Source: Gemmatimonadales bacterium (GTDB lineage Bacteria > Gemmatimonadota > Gemmatimonadetes > Gemmatimonadales > Gemmatimonadaceae). Taken from it: a stretch of 64,000 nucleotides of DNA. Below the pieces are notes generated by a model. The model saw nothing but the letters and a program-made list of their open reading frames with translations, ran no database searches and had not been told where the DNA came from. The position numbers and the translations under genes are program-made. The stretch covers positions 1,134-65,133 of the forward strand of contig JBIOHR010000001.1 of assembly GCA_044449085.1 (NCBI GenBank), given 5' to 3'. Each line of letters opens with the position of its first letter. Positions within the stretch are counted from its first letter, which is position 1. Shown here in pieces: positions 62,701 to 64,000 of the stretch.

Positions 62701-63489
62701 TCACCGGCCGGTGAACACAGGTTTGCGCTTTTCGAGGAACGCCTTCACGCCCTCGGCATAGTCTGCCGTGCGCCCGGCCTCCCGCTGCAGCTCCTCTTCG
62801 TACTCGAGTTGCGCAGCGAGGTCCACGCCGAGCGAGCGATTGAACCCGCGCTTGATCAGCCCGAGCGCGCGTGTCGGCTGCGTGGCGAGATGGGCCGCGG
62901 TCGCCTGCGCCGTCGCGAGGAGCGCGGACGGTTCGCACGCCTTGTAGATCAATCCCCACTCGAGGGCCTGCGCCGCCGTGATCTTTTCGCAGAGCATCGT
63001 GAGCGCGGCGGCGCGCTGCAGGCCGACCAGCCGCGGCAGGATGAACGTCCCGCCGCTGTCCGGAATCACGCCGATCTTCGCGAACGACTGAATGAAAGTC
63101 GCGTCGGACGCGGCGAAGACGATATCACAGGCGAGCGCGAGGTTCGCGCCCGCGCCGGCCGCGGTCCCGTTCACCGCGCAGACCACCGGCTTCTCGAGCG
63201 TGCGGATCGCGAGAACTATTGGATTCCAGGAGTTGCGCACGAAATCGCCAAGGTCGGGGAGCACCCCGCCCTTCGGCATCGCTTCGGCGAGGTCCTGCCC
63301 CGCGCAAAACGCGCGGCCGGCTCCGGTGATGAGCACCGCGCGCACGGAGTCGTCAGCCGCCACGGCGGTGATCGCGGCGCGCAGCTCGCCAGCCATGGCG
63401 CTGTTGAAGCTGTTGAGGACGTCGGGACGGTTCAGCGTGATCGTCGCGACGCCATCAGCTGTCGAGCGGAGGATCGAGTCGGTCGCCAT
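62701..63489 (-). CDS. paaG: enoyl-CoA hydratase/isomerase family, PaaG-like (1,2-epoxyphenylacetyl-CoA isomerase)
   Basis: The track ORF is over-extended to 63585. The ATG at 63489 gives MATDSILRSTADGVATITLNRPDVLNSF...ITGAGRAFCAGQDL...VNGTAAGAGANLALACD. 262 aa. Confidence 0.85.
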   Translation of the reverse strand: MATDSILRSTADGVATITLNRPDVLNSFNSAMAGELRAAITAVAADDSVRAVLITGAGRAFCAGQDLAEAMPKGGVLPDLGDFVRNSWNPIVLAIRTLEKPVVCAVNGTAAGAGANLALACDIVFAASDATFIQSFAKIGVIPDSGGTFILPRLVGLQRAAALTMLCEKITAAQALEWGLIYKACEPSALLATAQATAAHLATQPTRALGLIKRGFNRSLGVDLAAQLEYEEELQREAGRTADYAEGVKAFLEKRKPVFTGR

Positions 63490-63616
63490 CGTCGTGGTCT
63501 CGGGGAGTGGTTCCGGCGCGAATGGAAAGATAGCGCGCGAACCGTTTGAGCGACTCAGGGCGGGCGTTCGAGACCCGCGATTCAATGCGTCGTTCTTGTC
63601 GGCGCAACCCCACCGG

Positions 63617-64000
63617 CTACTGCACTACCAGCTGCAATGAGTCAGCGAGCGCGCCTCTCGTCGCAACGATCCAGGTCACGCCGGACTTCCGCGCGATGAC
63701 GGTCGCCGCGCGAATCCCAACGGGGGCGACGGTCGCGATGGTCGTATCCCGCGTCAGATACGTCACGACCGGCGAGCCCGCCTTCGGGTTCGCGGTGGAA
63801 CTGGTCAGAGCGGCGATCTGGCGGTTGAGGGCGTCAAACCCGTCGACCCACACCGACCAGGCGCCGCCGACCGCGAGCGTGTCGCACGCCTGCGTATCGG
63901 GACAGCGGAGCCGGATGCGCGTGACGCGCTGCGTGAGAACGATGCTCTTGTAGCCGGTGTGGCGCTGCTGCTCGGTCTGTATCGTGTGGCACTCCGGCGT
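63617..64000 (-). CDS. Ig-like (Big_2-type) domain protein, C-terminal part (gene starts beyond the right edge)
   Basis: The track shows only 63617..63853. Hand translation shows the same frame is open to position 64000 (TPECHTIQTEQQRHTGYKSIVLTQRVTRIRLRCPDTQACDTLAVGGAWSVWVDGFDALNRQI...). The tail LTSSTANPKAGSPVVTYLTRDTTIATVAPVGIRAATVIARKSGVTWIVATRGALADSLQLVV fits the Big_2 pattern. Confidence 0.6.
   Translation of the reverse strand, partial: TPECHTIQTEQQRHTGYKSIVLTQRVTRIRLRCPDTQACDTLAVGGAWSVWVDGFDALNRQIAALTSSTANPKAGSPVVTYLTRDTTIATVAPVGIRAATVIARKSGVTWIVATRGALADSLQLVVQ

Noticed and set aside
63490-63616. PaaR/PaaX-type operator upstream of paaG (CAAACGGTTCGCG resembles the TetR-type PaaR half-site pattern).
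   Set aside because: The spacing is off by one and the sequence is not a true palindrome. No paaR or paaX gene is in the window.

Overview
High-GC (about 70 percent by eye) bacterial chromosomal segment carrying about 62 tightly packed genes. All but two are on the minus strand. No rRNA, CRISPR, transposase or integrase is visible.

Map order:
- asnS (partial), a PQQ-type sugar dehydrogenase, recG, ftsY, a membrane protein and an M23 peptidase.
- A complete dcw division and cell-wall cluster: ftsZ, ftsA, ftsQ, murC, murG, ftsW, murD, mraY, murF, murE, ftsI, ftsL, rsmH. It has no mraZ, ddl or murB.
- A secreted TPR protein, tRNA-Val(UAC) and a small membrane ORF.
- An 18.3 kb, 19-gene, translationally coupled chemosensory operon (26716-45030).
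- rluD, lspA, a dksA-like gene, ileS, punA, divIVA, yggS, a Big_2 lipoprotein, ftsH, hpt and tilS.
- A small membrane protein followed by the only canonical terminator in the window.
- A roughly 37 percent GC non-coding island and a cupredoxin-like lipoprotein.
- paaZ, paaJ, paaH, paaG and a partial Ig-like protein.

The main candidate for something undescribed is the chemosensory operon. A full Che set (cheA, cheY, 3x cheW, cheB, cheR, cheC, cheD, but no MCP) is split around an inserted mglB-mglA polarity GTPase module. That module also carries two extra Roadblock/LC7 proteins, two PATAN/DUF4388 proteins and four TPR proteins. It also carries a 636-aa protein made of two tandem DnaA-type AAA+ modules with no DnaA N-terminal or DNA-binding domains.

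Secondary signals are a family of GATGGAAGATG-type intergenic palindromes, unusually long structured spacers inside the dcw cluster, and the AT-rich island.

The supplied ORF track uses longest ORFs with ATG, GTG or TTG starts. Many N-termini are therefore over-extended across upstream genes. I re-set those starts using the stop of the upstream gene and the 4-nt overlaps.
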